Shown: in pieces, positions 44,601 to 58,412 of the stretch
Layout: every line of letters begins with the position of its first letter
Position numbering within the stretch: the first letter of the stretch is position 1
DNA from: Tubulanus polymorphus
Taxonomy: Eukaryota > Animalia > Nemertea
NCBI RefSeq assembly: GCF_964204645.1
Contig: NC_134028.1
Coordinates: forward strand, 3,410,001 to 3,474,000
Reading direction: 5' to 3'
DNA length: 64,000 nucleotides
Notes under the pieces: model-generated
Seen by the model: the letters and a program-made list of their open reading frames with translations, nothing else
Databases searched by the model: none
What the model was told of the DNA's origin: nothing
Program-made: the position numbers and the translations under genes

Positions 44601-47600
44601 TACCATTAAAAAGCGATATTGTTTGGAGTCTAAAATAGAAAATCGACCGAAATGTCTGCGGAATAATCCTAATGAAATATTTCAGATTTAAAAATGATTT
44701 ATTGAATTGCGTTTTAAATAATCTCGTATGAGCTGCTGATCTATGAAATATATCATTTTTAAAAGCCGATTGACTTGAACGTTGCGCGTGGACAGCACCA
44801 TCAGCGACGCAATGTGTAGCGTCCGTTCCCGCTGAAATAATTATACATGAAACTTTTCTAAAAACGAGAGATACATCTAGATATATATATACTGTTTAAT
44901 ATCAAACGCACTCGTCTGGGATCGGGGCAGAAAACAGATGCATTCATTACTCATCTATCCAACATGAACACGGCATAAAAATTTATCGTTATCGTCGGAC
45001 GATAAATTATATGAAATAATTTTTTCTCCGTAATGATAAAACGATTAGCGTCGTAATAATCCTGTTATTGGTATTACACGGTTATAATCTTATTTACGCG
45101 GCCGACGCCGTATTACATAAGTTGGTCACGTGTATTATCGTTTCCGGGGGATTAGTGGTACAGTTTGAGACGTGGACACTTTTTGAGGCCGGTTCATCAT
45201 CGTGATTCACAAGACGTCAACTACACTGCTGGAAATCGGGCTAATGTATAATAGAAACTGCTTATTGCACTAGGGAATGGAAGAGCTCTCGAATTGATAA
45301 CTCCATTATTGGATTTGTTCAAATTGATCGCAGTCTTAATTTTAGCAGCCAGACGTACTTTTTGGTTTCCCAAACGTGCGTGACGCAATAACCAATCCGT
45401 CATTCATCGATGACAAGCAATTCAATATCGAATACATCATCCGTAACCCGTCCGATACGATGTCCGATTCACCCGTAACCCGTCAAATACGATTATCGCC
45501 CCGAGTCGTAAAGAGTAAGATAAACATATTAAGGCCCGTAAGAAAGGAATAATCCACATTACAAAGTTGGAGCAAATCAGTGCATAAATTGATTACGTCG
45601 CCGACGAAACGACAGGTCCCACCGCAATATATTAGCAGCAGCCGTTGGGATATACGGTCAGGCAGATCAAAGGCTTATTAGCCAGGCAATCGGACCGAGT
45701 AAATGTGTTATCTTTGCTGATCATCAATCACCGTGTAAACGTGACACGAATTACAGATGAGTATCTACGAAAAACGATTCTTGGACTTCTCCGTCGAGGG
45801 TAGCAACAGCCAAGGACGAAAATATTACCATTGAATTAATATCCCGTGACCGCATTGTCTTAGTCGACGTGAGCCCGAATCTATCCCTGGTGAAGGTGCA
45901 AAACTAAATGACGGAAATGACTATACCAAGCCTGACCTCAGATTGGCTATAAAGTTGCACTCACATAGATCAATCATATTTTCAACACAGTCGTGTTCTG
46001 CTATATCGAGCAAAAGGTAGAAAATTTGCAGTATTCGATTACAACCCAAAAAAACAATTCATTTGAAATCAATCTTTTCCAGAACGCCTTCTTGCAATCA
46101 ATATTCAGTAAGTCGGAATGATCCGAAAGTTGTTGTTGATTCGAGTCACAGGAACCCACCCCCAAAAAACCGATACATAACCCTTGACGTTAATCCGATA
46201 AACCAATTTGGCAATCTTCATTGATATGTGACGGGCGTTCGGCGATTACTTGATTGGTTTCATTAGTGTAACACCGTCACCAACATGAGCATATTTATAC
46301 GAATATCAATGACCCCAGAAAGCCCGCTTTTTGTCTGTACATAATTAATGAGTTGTTTAGTTAAACTGTCGTGTTTAGCGATATCTGCATAAGTTTATGT
46401 CTATATCCATGTCCTATTCTCCTCGTCGTTCATAATAGAAACGTCTGCCATTGCCGGTATTTATACAGTTACTTGTACCTAGATCCGAATGAATTCGTTA
46501 AGACTTAACTTCACGCAAGTGACGATCTTCCGGTTTGCGATTACGTCATTTTTAATCCATCTTAAAATTCATTAAAAAATTAAGATATTGAGGCAATCTC
46601 TAAACTACATCTACAAGGTTCTATATCATTGGAGGTTTTATACCACAATTTAAACCATTTACACTGATTACTAATATCATAGCTTACGATTTTGGTCTCC
46701 GACAAAATAAAGAAATCAGAAATTCCTATTGAATTTGGGGACGTGAATGTCTTAGATTTTTCATCCTTTCAAAGTTCGGAAGTTGGTGTAAAGTTTCTAC
46801 GTTCTAACAAAAATTAAGCCCTACTCTCCAAACAAATCGAGTTATCTTTTTCTAAATTCGATTTACGCTTTACATGAAAATGAGCCTAGTTTATCTCATC
46901 CAACGAAATCTAATTTGTCAATTGCTCGCGTAATTTACGCGGATTCCACAAAATATGCCGATTGAATGAACATTTTTTTCTACATTTGCAATTGTTTTCT
47001 TTTCACTATGCGAAACGTGACGTACATCCGAAATATTGTAAGGACGTAATCTGCGCTGTGCATCATCTAATGGTTGAATAAAGCCCGTGATGCAATTTGT
47101 GGGATTGGATGACAAGATTCCAGTATAGTACTAAATTGAATACCGAATAAACGATTTCAATAAAATACCAGAAACTGACGTTAGTTTAATCTGAGCTGGT
47201 TGTCCGTAGTGATTCGATTTCTGATCGAATCGTTTGCTAAACTACAATACGTAGAATGAAAAAGAACTGATCGAAATGAGGTATAACTCGATTTAGAAAT
47301 GTGAAGTTTCCTGCGCGGTGCACGAAAAATGGGAGGTTTTAATTCGCGTAATTCATTCCCGAATCGAAGAACAAAGGCGACATAATTATTCGTTTCATTC
47401 TAAACGCTGATTGTATATTGTCTCTCTATGCGCGTCTAGTTTATGGCAAAGCAATGCTAATTTCAATAAATAGTAAGATAGAATATTTTTCATTCGAATG
47501 TCTCCATTTGCAGATTTCCAGCACATAATCCCACTATACATCGATTTATAATACAGACAACATAACGGCAATTGATGGAAAAGCGGCCACCGACATCTGT

Positions 47601-47732
47601 GTAAATACTATCAACAATAATGTTGATCTTTCGTGTTATTTCAATACGATATTCATAATTTGTGGCTGTAAATAACCATCATTGTCAGACTATGGCAGCT
47701 GGACGTGTGGCAACGTTTATCGTAAAAAATAC

Positions 47733-47804
47733 GGGCTCGTCCGGGAATCGAACCCGGGACCTCTCGCACCCGAAGCGAGAATCATACCTCTAGACCAACG
47801 AGCC
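47733..47804 (-). tRNA. trnP-CGG: tRNA-Pro, anticodon CGG
   Basis: Minus strand GGCTCGTTGGTCTAGAGGTATGATTCTCGCTTCGGGTGCGAGAGGTCCCGGGTTCGATTCCCGGACGAGCCC: canonical 72-nt eukaryotic tRNA-Pro followed by a T6 Pol III terminator. Confidence 0.97.
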
Positions 47805-50800
47805 ATTGTTATTCCACATCGCGGCTTAATTTGCAAAAAAATCTGATGGTGTATTTTGCCAAATTCTTAATTGTTACCTTTCACATTCGCTCGCCTTCGT
47901 GCTTTCCAACATAATTTGAAAGCATATTAATTCAAATAATATTCATGGTCACTCGTTCAAATATAGTCAATTTAGATATGGTTCCACCGCGTGGAAACTA
48001 TGTTGTTTGAAAGTTGAGTCGGAATGCACAATAACAAATAAAGAAGGCGAGAAAGTCAAGAAAAGCTCATTCGCAAGGTAGATTTTTGCATCGATAGGTT
48101 GCAGGTTGCATTAGCGCCCATTAGAGTTTCAGCGGGAAGGAAAATCATCGACTGCGACAATTTGCCGTCCAAAACAGCATTTACGCATGAATTCTTTATA
48201 GAAAAAGAAGCCAGTAAATGTCACAAAGTAGCAATCATCCTCCGTCTCATCCGATTGAACGGCAGGAAATGCTGCATAATTTCGTTGTCTGAGATCAACA
48301 AAAGGCCACCATCGCGTTCCATCGCATGTTACCATTAACGCAGCCGCTGCTAGGAAGCAGTCAACGCAGCGCGACGTACAGCAAACAGATCAAAGCAATT
48401 TCTTCGAAATGTCATACGAGTAATAGATATAAACTGATGTTGTTGAGAAATAATTTCACGCCAAAATTTAAAAAAAAATAACCCCTCGTGAATTCGTGAA
48501 ATTGCGATATGAATAGTTCGTAGGTTGTCAAACTGCTGGGATTGGTGACGTCGAGGGAAAGGTAAGCGAATGAAATAACTCGATGTGGCAATGAAGCAAG
48601 CACCGACTGAGGGTAGATTTTTCTGTAAGTATGAACACGACATGTGTTATCGACAGTTTAACTGTGTATGGATATTTTATGCTATATAAACATCGATTTT
48701 CTCTATTTGGGAAAAGAATTCTGTCCAAAGATTGATTCGTATGAATTTGCCAGGCGTTCAAACAGGAACTGATGATGAGTGGGCGCTAGCACGAAGCATG
48801 TGTCTATAATCGCTCCAGGTTTCGCCTCATACAGAACTCCAGCATTATTCAATCATTACCACATCAATGAGACTCAGATTATGCACTCTCAATCGCTTTA
48901 AAGTCCATGACCAGGTCTACAACCGTTAGTGATTCAGAAACTCCGTCCCTTTGCGTGTGACATGTATACCATAAAACATTCGAGCCAAAATGATGTTTGT
49001 CTAGCTGTCCCTGGTGATCGAGTAAGGTCCCTGATAGCTGCCGAATAATCATCGTCAACCACTTGAAGCTGGCAAAAAAATGCAACTTCCGTTAACACGT
49101 GCACGACGCGATTTAAATAAATTTCTCATCGGTATCAGATTTGATATTCAGGTGGAAGTAATATGTATAATATTCATATGAGCGGCCGCGTTCCGGGATT
49201 ATATTAAAGCCATAATGCGCACCTGCAGTCGGTAAAAAATGTATATACGCATTTTAGTATGAGGTTATTATAACGACCCGATAGCCTGCTTCCATACATC
49301 AATTGCAGCCGTGTTTTAATAAACACAAAAAATGAAAATCATTGAGTTCGTATTTGTAGCAGGTATCATTGCGTAGTCCGCACAAATCGACAACGATGAG
49401 TTCATGGGTTTTAATCATGATAAACCCTCAATATTGATATGTTTTGCAGGGGTGGATTAAGGGCGAAAGCCCCCCCCCCATTCTATGCCAAGATAACGTG
49501 ATGGTTAATCATTTTATTTTAGAATCTAGATGCTCAGGAAATTATCAATTTTTTCAAAGATTCTTGGTGGAAGGCAGTTTTGGAGCAGTTAAATACAAAC
49601 TATTCAAATAGATAATCGGTTTTTTTAATCTTAAGATAGGGATTTACCCTATTATTCATTTGAGTGGTAGATTTCGTTTGTTTTTCTTTTGATTTGGTGT
49701 CCCTATAAACCGACCACACCGGCCGCCAACAACCAAAGGAGAGAAACATGCTCAGTAGAGTCATAAAATGTTTTTGTACTTACAGTACACGCATAGTACG
49801 TCCTACGAATAGATATACTTCTTCTACTGCATTAGATTGCAGCAATTACACCCTAAGTATATTTGCCCCTTCTAATTACTCTCAGAATTCCCATTTCTTG
49901 TTCTCGTGATGAGTATATATAAACACCGATTGAGATCAGTCCAGAAAATCAGACCATTAGCCTTTGTTTCCTTGAAAGCTCTATCGGTTATTTCCAACGC
50001 CGGGCGTTAGATTTTAATCAAATTTCAAAGCTGTTACCGTGTAAAACAAAACATACCAATCCGAGGGACAGGGCCCAGGTGATTATTATTTGAATGATTT
50101 GATTTATTTGAACAATCAGAGGAATGTTGATCGTGGCTATATGGAACAGAATACGGAGCAGTTGATGGTTGTGTGAATTCATTAGACTTCGTACAATTAG
50201 TACAGTTTGATTTCCAAGAGTTGAAACGACATTGCGTAAAATAAGCATGATTCCACGATTCATCGGTCCAGGCGACATTAGAATTATTTTGAAATATACG
50301 AAAAAGAGCTCTATCAGAATATCAATTACGGCATATCTTGAGAATCAATCATTTGGGATACTTACAAATGATGCTCGTAACCGGTTCGATTTGTTCTTGA
50401 ATTATAGGCTCAACCCGTGTTTACGTACACTGATCCGCATGGTATTCACTTAACAGAGATAGGATTAGAACGGAACGTGGTAGTGATTCCATCAACTTAT
50501 ATCCTACCCTGGAACAGACTAGGCACCCTTATTGTCTAAACGACCATTACAGGATACAGGGCCTCCTACTGGGCCATAATTCAATAATCAGATCATCCAA
50601 TCAAAGTAGAAAATTTGAATTTCCAAACTTACCACTGCACACGGAGAATCTCTGAAATCCAGCAGTGAACGGCTGCAGGCCTACTAAGCCGTCAGTATCC
50701 GCTCGTTCAGGTTTTACTCCCCGTGCCGCTGTTACAGATGTGCGGTCTGTCACAGTCCGTATTTAGACAGGCATGACAAAATCATCGACTCGATGTAAGA

Positions 50801-51052
50801 ATCATTATATGCTTTGGATAAGCCATATTTTTAACGCGCAACAGCTTGTAAACACGACTGCTGTATTTCAATATTTCCGCACTTCGTAATTGTAACTAAC
50901 TGTATTACATATAATATATTTTACAGGCGAAGTGGTGAAAATCGATGTAAATCAGCTGTCTAATTTCAGTCAGGACTTCAGACCCGACTTCATTTTCATG
51001 TCGTTGTTAGAGGACAACAGCAACGCCATTCTTATTTATTTCGTGATCTTTT

Positions 51053-51560
51053 TTGCGATGCTATCTTTTCAGCCCCTTTAATCTTTCCGTTAATGGCATG
51101 GAACGTTATCATATGGCCATAAAGGCACTAGATTTCCAACTTCTGAAACTATTTGTTCTATTCTACGCTCGATCTCCGGAAGCCCTTCAAAGGGTAATGA
51201 ATATCCTTCATGACTATTGTAAAATGTCAATACAGAGAAAACGAAAGTTATAGAAGATTGGACTAAGAGAAATGTTAAATTAGTACGAATACCATACTTT
51301 ATTGCGATACTCAGCAAGAAACGCTTTGCGCCCTCAATATTTTCACAGAATCCCTGCGTATTTGAATTCATAAACCTATCGAGCACTAGCTCCCACAATC
51401 TGACTAGAACAGGGGAATATCTCATCCGGTTTCTTGTTGACGAGAAACGACACATTTAAAATTTCTGTATTACTTAGCCGCGTTTCATATATAATCATTA
51501 TATATCAATACCACGATTGTCATACAAGTGATGTAATACTTTGTAACGAATAGAAATTAA
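51053..51560 (+). mobile_element. Degenerate LINE (CR1/L2-group-like) reverse-transcriptase fragment
   Basis: Translation CYLFSPFNLSVN...LFVLFYARSPEALQRVMNILHDYC, then EKTKV in another frame, resembles RT regions around a deleted YADD; AT-rich 3' tail. End approximate. Confidence 0.5.
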
Positions 51561-54500
51561 ATATTTATTTTCAGCATCACAACCAAAAACCGCTTCGTTA
51601 TTGGCCGCGTTCCCAATTATTTTGCTATTTCATTTACTTTAATGTGGCTTGATCAAATATTTGCGATAAAATGATATGCCAAACTTGTATGTACATCACT
51701 ACATCACATCTAAACATTTCTAAGCTCAAGTTAAAACGGTCAATTTGGTGGTAGATATATCATAGCCGAATGGTTTTACTTGAGGGGAGAAGATGGTGAA
51801 ATATCGTCTGTTTAGATAGATAAATCGATCTGAACAACTCGCTTATATCTCTATCAGTCAACAATGTACACTTGATTTGATTAGCATCGAAAGCTACTGG
51901 TCACCATAGGAGAGTCGGTCTCGACTAACGACCAATGATGTCCGTCATTGTCAACCCGTCGTGCTACGGACGACTCAAAAATGACCGGTCCACTTGACCT
52001 TGGATGATACCCTTTGATTTGATTAGCCGCGTGCGAGGAATTGGTCACCAATTATCCTGGTCATTGTTACCTCGGAGGACATCAAAACTATTAGGTTTTG
52101 CGTTCGACGCTTGGGGTGTCAAAACTAATTCGACACGCCAGGCTGCATGACGCATCACTTGAGAAGGCTACACTAATTTTCGCTGATATTCGAAATCCTC
52201 ACAAGATGAAAGTGTAATGAATTTTCAGGGTTCTTTTAACAATTGCAATTACGTATATCGCTTCACAGGAAAATATGCGCAGTTCACAAAAACAAGTTCA
52301 TACATAGTATTTGCATTAGAGAGATTGTAGCTAAAAGAATACACGAATGATACATAGCACTTCTATAGTTTGAGCGGAGGACATCGTGTGAAAAACTATA
52401 TGAAGAAAAGCTTGAAGGAATGTTGATCCTCGCTATATATGGGATGCGTCAGATTATGGAGCTGTTTGTCCTTAGCATTTGATGGTTGTATAAGTTTATA
52501 AGCACTTGGTACAATGTTAAATTCTACAAAAGTACACATATAACCCCGGACTCTCGTTAAATTCAAATTAAGGAAATTAGACTAAAATTGCGACATAAAA
52601 TCACCTCGCTATATAAACTGGTTTGTTTAAATGCGCGGTGCTTTTTCCACACGTTTTCATCGTCGAGTTATTTGACATCAAATAACCTCGTAATTCACGC
52701 TTAGATTACGACGTTCCGCGAGACACACGCCCGCGGCGCAGCGACGACGACGTCGTCAAATTATGATCCAACTCTCTTGACAAGATAGGAGCGCACTTTT
52801 GCTAGTTAAAACATGCATAAATGCGTGTGCTGAACCATTTAAATTTTCCATCTCCGACAACATTACGATTTAACGGCTCGAGGGCTTACTATCGAATACC
52901 AAGACGCTAGTTGTTGTAAGTGTCATCGCTTTAGATCAAAAAGGATCCTGACAGAATCTACGATTACAAATCGGGTAGAACGAGTTGACTGGAGTAGACT
53001 TTTGGTCATTTTTATAAACCGATGATTATTCATGCTCGCATGCAGATTACGAAACTTGTTTCTCGCCTAAAGAATCCTATACCCATGCCCACCGTATTGA
53101 AGGCGTAGCTGCTTGAAATCTATGCAGAAAAATGTTCATCAAAAATAGTTCAAATATTCTGCGTCACAAACGAAATGAGAAATAGTGAACTGGACCCGGG
53201 GGCGCCGTAAGTCATTGATAGTCTAGTGCGTTCAATACGATACACTGGGGAAGAACAGTCGCCAGTCATTTATTACTCTGCTCGCAGTATTTGGCCAGTA
53301 AAGATATACTTTATTTCTACATCTCTGGACTTTGGAATTCAACACGCGTGGCCAATAGAGGTGAAAAGTCATATTGTAATCTGGAAACATATCAACGCTT
53401 TCCTTAATCGTTTGCTAGCCGTCGAATTTGATAAGTGGATCCCGAAACGCACGAGTCTGGAACATTTTTACAATTCTCATTAATTTGCCCCCGTTATAAA
53501 TGAGCTCGGTTTGAAGTTAAACATACACCTAAATATATGAAATAATGAAACCGATCTGGTCTTAATTATTTCTCTTATTAACGTCGGTGATGCATAACAT
53601 CCTGAGTATGTTTGTGGTATGTCCGGTGATTGATACGTGTTCGATTCTCTCCGAAATTATCAACTTTTATGGGCGGCGGGGGGGTTTATCGAAATGTTAT
53701 CGTCGAAGAAGTTGTGTAATCCATCAAAAATGATACCTGATTAGATTGATAGAAACATATTTATTTGCTCGTGAAACACGCTCGCCGCTTACCTGCGACT
53801 AATGAAGGCATTTGGTTATTTGTATTGCAGAGTACAAACACGTTATCTTATAATCTTCGAAGTCCGATGATCGGAAAGGTAAGCAATCTGTATATATCTG
53901 ACGAGTGAGCACGAGAATCATAGGTGATTATCAGCCAATAAATACCGTTGTGTTCTATTGATATATTTACAAGCGTGGATGAAATCGAACCATTTCACAC
54001 GTAGGTGACGAAATCGCAATTAGATATGGGTTTTATGCGTACGAATTTTACAAACGGTTGATTCTCATCATTATAGCGTGTTTTACTGGGTATTTTCCTG
54101 ACAGCGGTTTTACTACGAACAACCGATCTTTACGCGTTATTGAAAGGGTAATGGCCGATTGACTGTGCACTATACGTCATCAATATCTGCGTTTCAAATA
54201 TTGATCGTCCGTAATATTGGCGTTTAATTTCTAATCAATTGAATTTCGTGACTCTCAGTTTTTACTAAATGAATTTACTTTAATGGCAATTAGGGTAGTG
54301 CGTCATCAATATCGGGACTAAATTCTGTCAATACTTTACCCCCAAAATGTGGCCAGTTGAATATCAGACCAGTTGTACGCCATGCACTGCAGACGTGGTT
54401 GGGTCCTGGCATCATATTCGTTTAACTTTTCCTGTTACTATCGTTGAGATATATCAGTAATTTATCAAAGGCGTCAATAAATTCTTATTTTCAGCTGTTA

Positions 54501-54730
54501 CCAAAGATTCCTATCGATTTGGGAACTGCGCAGTTTTCTAACGCACTTGGGTAATAAATATTTCATCAAGGACACCTCATCAGTAAGAATAACCAACCAT
54601 GGGTCAACTTGTCGAAGGTCGTCTCGGACGGAAATGTTTTTCTCGGGCGTAGCGTCAACTAGTTGCACCGAGAACAGATTAAAATGTCGATTTAAAAGGT
54701 TTCTGTATACCAGCGACAGAAAGCATTTTA

Positions 54731-55298
54731 GGCTAAAGATGATACCTTGTTTCTCCTAATCGGCCGGGTCATTTTATAAATCGCAATCAAATTTGTAATC
54801 AGTTCATTTCTATATAGCTGCCGGGTCTGTTATAGCTTGATCGTGATTTAAGAAAAAAATTGATTTACAGGGTAAGTAATAGGGATAATATAGGCTTTCA
54901 AATCAAAGGTCGAACGGTCGAGCTCATAAAAAATGAAAAACATGAAAATAATAACAATTTCTACTTGAATTAGTCGCGAAACTCATAAAAAATGAAAAAT
55001 AATTCTCACACGCTCGAATTTATTTCACTCACACTTAACTCACACTTTTTTCTAGCGAGTAAAAATGAAAAATAAATTCGAGTGTGTGAGAATTATTTTT
55101 CATTTTTTATGAGTTTCGCGACTAATTCAAGTAGAAATTGTTATTATTTTCATGTTTTTCATTTTTTATGAGCTCGACCGTTCGACCTTTGATTTGAAAG
55201 CCTATTACCCCTATTACTAGGGTATATTAGGTTGCCGGGGGCCGGGTCAACTTTTAAGCTCAGCAGATGGGAGAAAAAAATGTATCAACGTTTTTGCC
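54731..55298. mobile_element. PIF/Harbinger-type MITE, copy C, interrupted by a 344-bp insertion
   Basis: tta|GGCTAAAG...TTTTTGCC|tta with TTA TSD; collinear with copies A and B once 54875-55224 is removed. Confidence 0.8.
54875..55218. mobile_element. Non-autonomous 344-bp foldback element with about 150-bp TIRs, AG...CT ends and 6-bp TSD (Polinton/Maverick-like signature)
   Basis: AGGGTA at 54869-54874 and 55219-55224; termini AGTAATAGGG / CCCTATTACT; arms 54891-55025 and 55070-55204 differ at one position; 44-bp spacer. Confidence 0.8.
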
Positions 55299-58200
55299 TT
55301 AGGTTCTTCAGAATGCTGCTAAATACAGGACGTCACAAGATAAAATACAGCGAAATATATTCATCCGGGATTTTCTTTTCGAAACATGAAACTCGCGTCG
55401 GGTGACGTGAATTGTTTATCTTCTTGAGCTAGTTCTTTTTTCTTTTTACAGAAAAAAAAAACAATCATTATTACCCCTACAACGTTTTCGACATATTTTA
55501 CACCTGTTTTGTATTGACTTGATTTACGCTTTTCTACGAAGAAAAGTGTTACATCTTCGATTTCGCTTTTCGACCGAACAGCGCACGATCTCGCGCACGC
55601 ATTACGCAGTAGGCACTCGTAAATATATTACCAAATTTGATTTTATACGTCTATATGAGTATCTATGAGGTTATGCATATAAACGTAATGAGGTTGATGG
55701 CGCGCTGAAATTTCATCGCCACGGTACGTATTACTCCCATAGGGCAGCCCTTCAGTGATGTAATTAATCATACAATTAAATCGTTTTACGACGCTGAGAT
55801 ACATATACTACTTTCTCATATCTATCTACGCGTTACAGACCCGGCTAATAAGAACTCTTGAAGCGACGTCCTAACGACCGCACGAGTAAACAAGGCGGAT
55901 TCCGGACCAATATTCCGGAACCGCGTAATCCGCAATTATAACCATTTCGTCGCGTACAGAATAACTTATCAAATATAATGATGTCAAATATTTAGTCATT
56001 TGACGATTAAATCGGGGAATGATTCGATCGGATTCCAGCGATAATTCGCGTTCATTGTCTTAACTGGTTTTCGTGGTATATATCAATTAAGGACGAAAGC
56101 GACCGGAGTGATTGAATAATGCCGGAGACTTACATCACATCCCCTTCCATGATCTCCCAGTTTTAAAGTCCACATTCGAGGAACAATATCGAAACATATA
56201 AATACAAACAAGTTCATATCAACTCGCCAATCTTCCTGGCAATTTCGAAATAACTCGTCGAGTAAACAGAAGATATATGTACATGATAATGTTTCGCCTT
56301 CTGAATCGAAGACGAACCAGAGAACATCTTCGTGTATCTGCTGATAACATTTTGCGAATGATCTTTTGGGAAATCTTGCAGTTTGATTTCTAAATCCTGA
56401 AGGGATGCCATTTTAATCAATTAATATAAAGGTCATATACATGACGTGCCCATGCATGTAGATTAAGCGGGAATAAGCCTAGCCCGTTTTATGGTTAATA
56501 AGTTTAAAACATATTCATAATGATGCATATTCTAAATTAACGTCACCAATAAAATGATCGTCACCTGTGCAAGAATAAATTGAATATGTAGCAGCTAAAT
56601 GATGATCAGGTTAAATCCATGAACGCATAGTTTGAATAATGAGATCGTAAAATAAAGCCTGGGTTTCAGTTTAGTACAAAACGCAGCTGACATTATTTCT
56701 ATCAACCAAAAAAAAAATTGAAAAGATACTAGGTATAATATTATGCGATAATATGTAACGATACTTACTCGATAGAGGTCCTATTCCTTTGAAAGATAAT
56801 CACTGAATTTTACAAAATTCTCAACAAATGTACGTTGCAATACGTATAACGCTCAGGCGATGAGGCTCATTCTTAAATATCGGAGTCGATGAGCCGCACT
56901 GGCGCGCTGCACCACCAGCTTCATCAGTATGTTGATATCCCCGTCTATGTTACTGTCGGTTGCACTATCTACGATGAATCATTTAGATAATCGTTTTGTT
57001 TTTGTTTCCTTGAACCGGCGGTAGTCCGTCCAAAACATTATCATACATATATTCACAGTTCTTTATATCGTGTTATTATTATCTCCAGCCGTTTCATTAA
57101 GACTGCGTCAATTTAGTTACTAACGATCGAGTGAAAATTAAGAGGAAGCGTGAAATAGGTCTGAACCATCCTAGCGAGCCAGACACATATATTTTATTTT
57201 ACTGTGTTCGTAGGAAAGTATACTCATAAACAGGTGGTATAGCGAACGGGTCCATAACATATGCACTTCAATGAAATGTGAAACTACGATTATACGTTAT
57301 TGTATATTTGGTAGACCTATAATCCACATCGGATAAGTAGGTTTCAATGATGAAAATCATCACAGTTATATCTTCATGTAAAAGTAGCATAAATCTACAT
57401 AAGACGCGAGCGATGGTGAGGACTGAACATTTTGTTTGTATAAGTGGATTAATAGTTTATCGCATATTCTTCAAACTCTCAAAATGTTTAGTTCACAACG
57501 GCGGATAGGTTAAGGGTTCGAGGGCGGTTGGTTGTGAGGGATACGTGGAAAACAGTAAACATAGTGTTTAATATCGTAGTTTCGTACTAATAGCGGAACT
57601 ATACACAATATATCTTGATTCAGCAGAAGTTTTGGTTCTCAGAGTTTGGTCTCAAACCTCAATCGTATGGCATTATTTTGATAACTTACTCGAACATTTA
57701 CTTGACATTTGCGATTCTGAAAACCGTTATTCGAAGTCGCACCTGCCATTGTGGAGTAATTAGTTCAAATGTTGTCTGATTTCGGAAAGGTTAACTCGGA
57801 CGCGGTCGTTATTCCATGCCGGAATTTGAATTGTAAATATCCGTTGATTATTCCGATGATCTCGCGTCGGTTTCCAAATACTGCATCAGCTGGGATTGAA
57901 ACTTCCGAGCATTAAAAAATGGCTCAAGTTCTTCGTACTCCAAACTGATATATTGTGAAAAACAAATAACTTTTCAAACAGTTGTGTTATAAAGATCGGT
58001 TTTTTATTTTTCACAAGTTGTTGTCTCTTCTCGAAACGCTTGCAACATCGATAACATGTAATATCTGGAAACGAATAAATTCAGTTTAGTTTACGTTCAG
58101 ATTCCAAACTCGTTGAAAATGATCTACTATTGAAAACAGTACACACAAACTGACCAGTTATGAGATAGTCGGGTAAAAAGTTCTAGCAGAATTTTCGTTC

Positions 58201-58339
58201 GTTGCTTGGTTATTGTAACCAAAAGAAAAACAAACATCTATTTATGTTCTGATTGAACTATCCGTCTGTGAGTCGGCGGGATTCCCGCGTGAATGACGTA
58301 TCTGGAGATTCCTGTATTCATACGTATGAAAGTCAAGCA

Positions 58340-58412
58340 CCGCACTAAAGGTCGGGTAGAACGATCGCCATATAGAGGGCGGAGGTTCCGAGATCGAATC
58401 CTTTTGGCCGCC
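58340..58412 (+). pseudogene. Degenerate tRNA-like sequence or SINE head
   Basis: GGTAGAACG (A-box-like), CGCC/GGCG stem, GGTTCCGAGATCGAATCC (B-box-like); no intact cloverleaf. Confidence 0.35.

Noticed and set aside
45441-45493. Two-copy 21-bp direct repeat CCGTAACCCGTC..ATACGAT
   Set aside because: Simple local duplication; two units only, not an array.
48769-48804. Second hammerhead-like string CTGATGA..GTG/CAC..GAAGC ATGT GTC
   Set aside because: GAAA core is mutated, there is an extra TGA and no stem I pairing; at best a dead relic.
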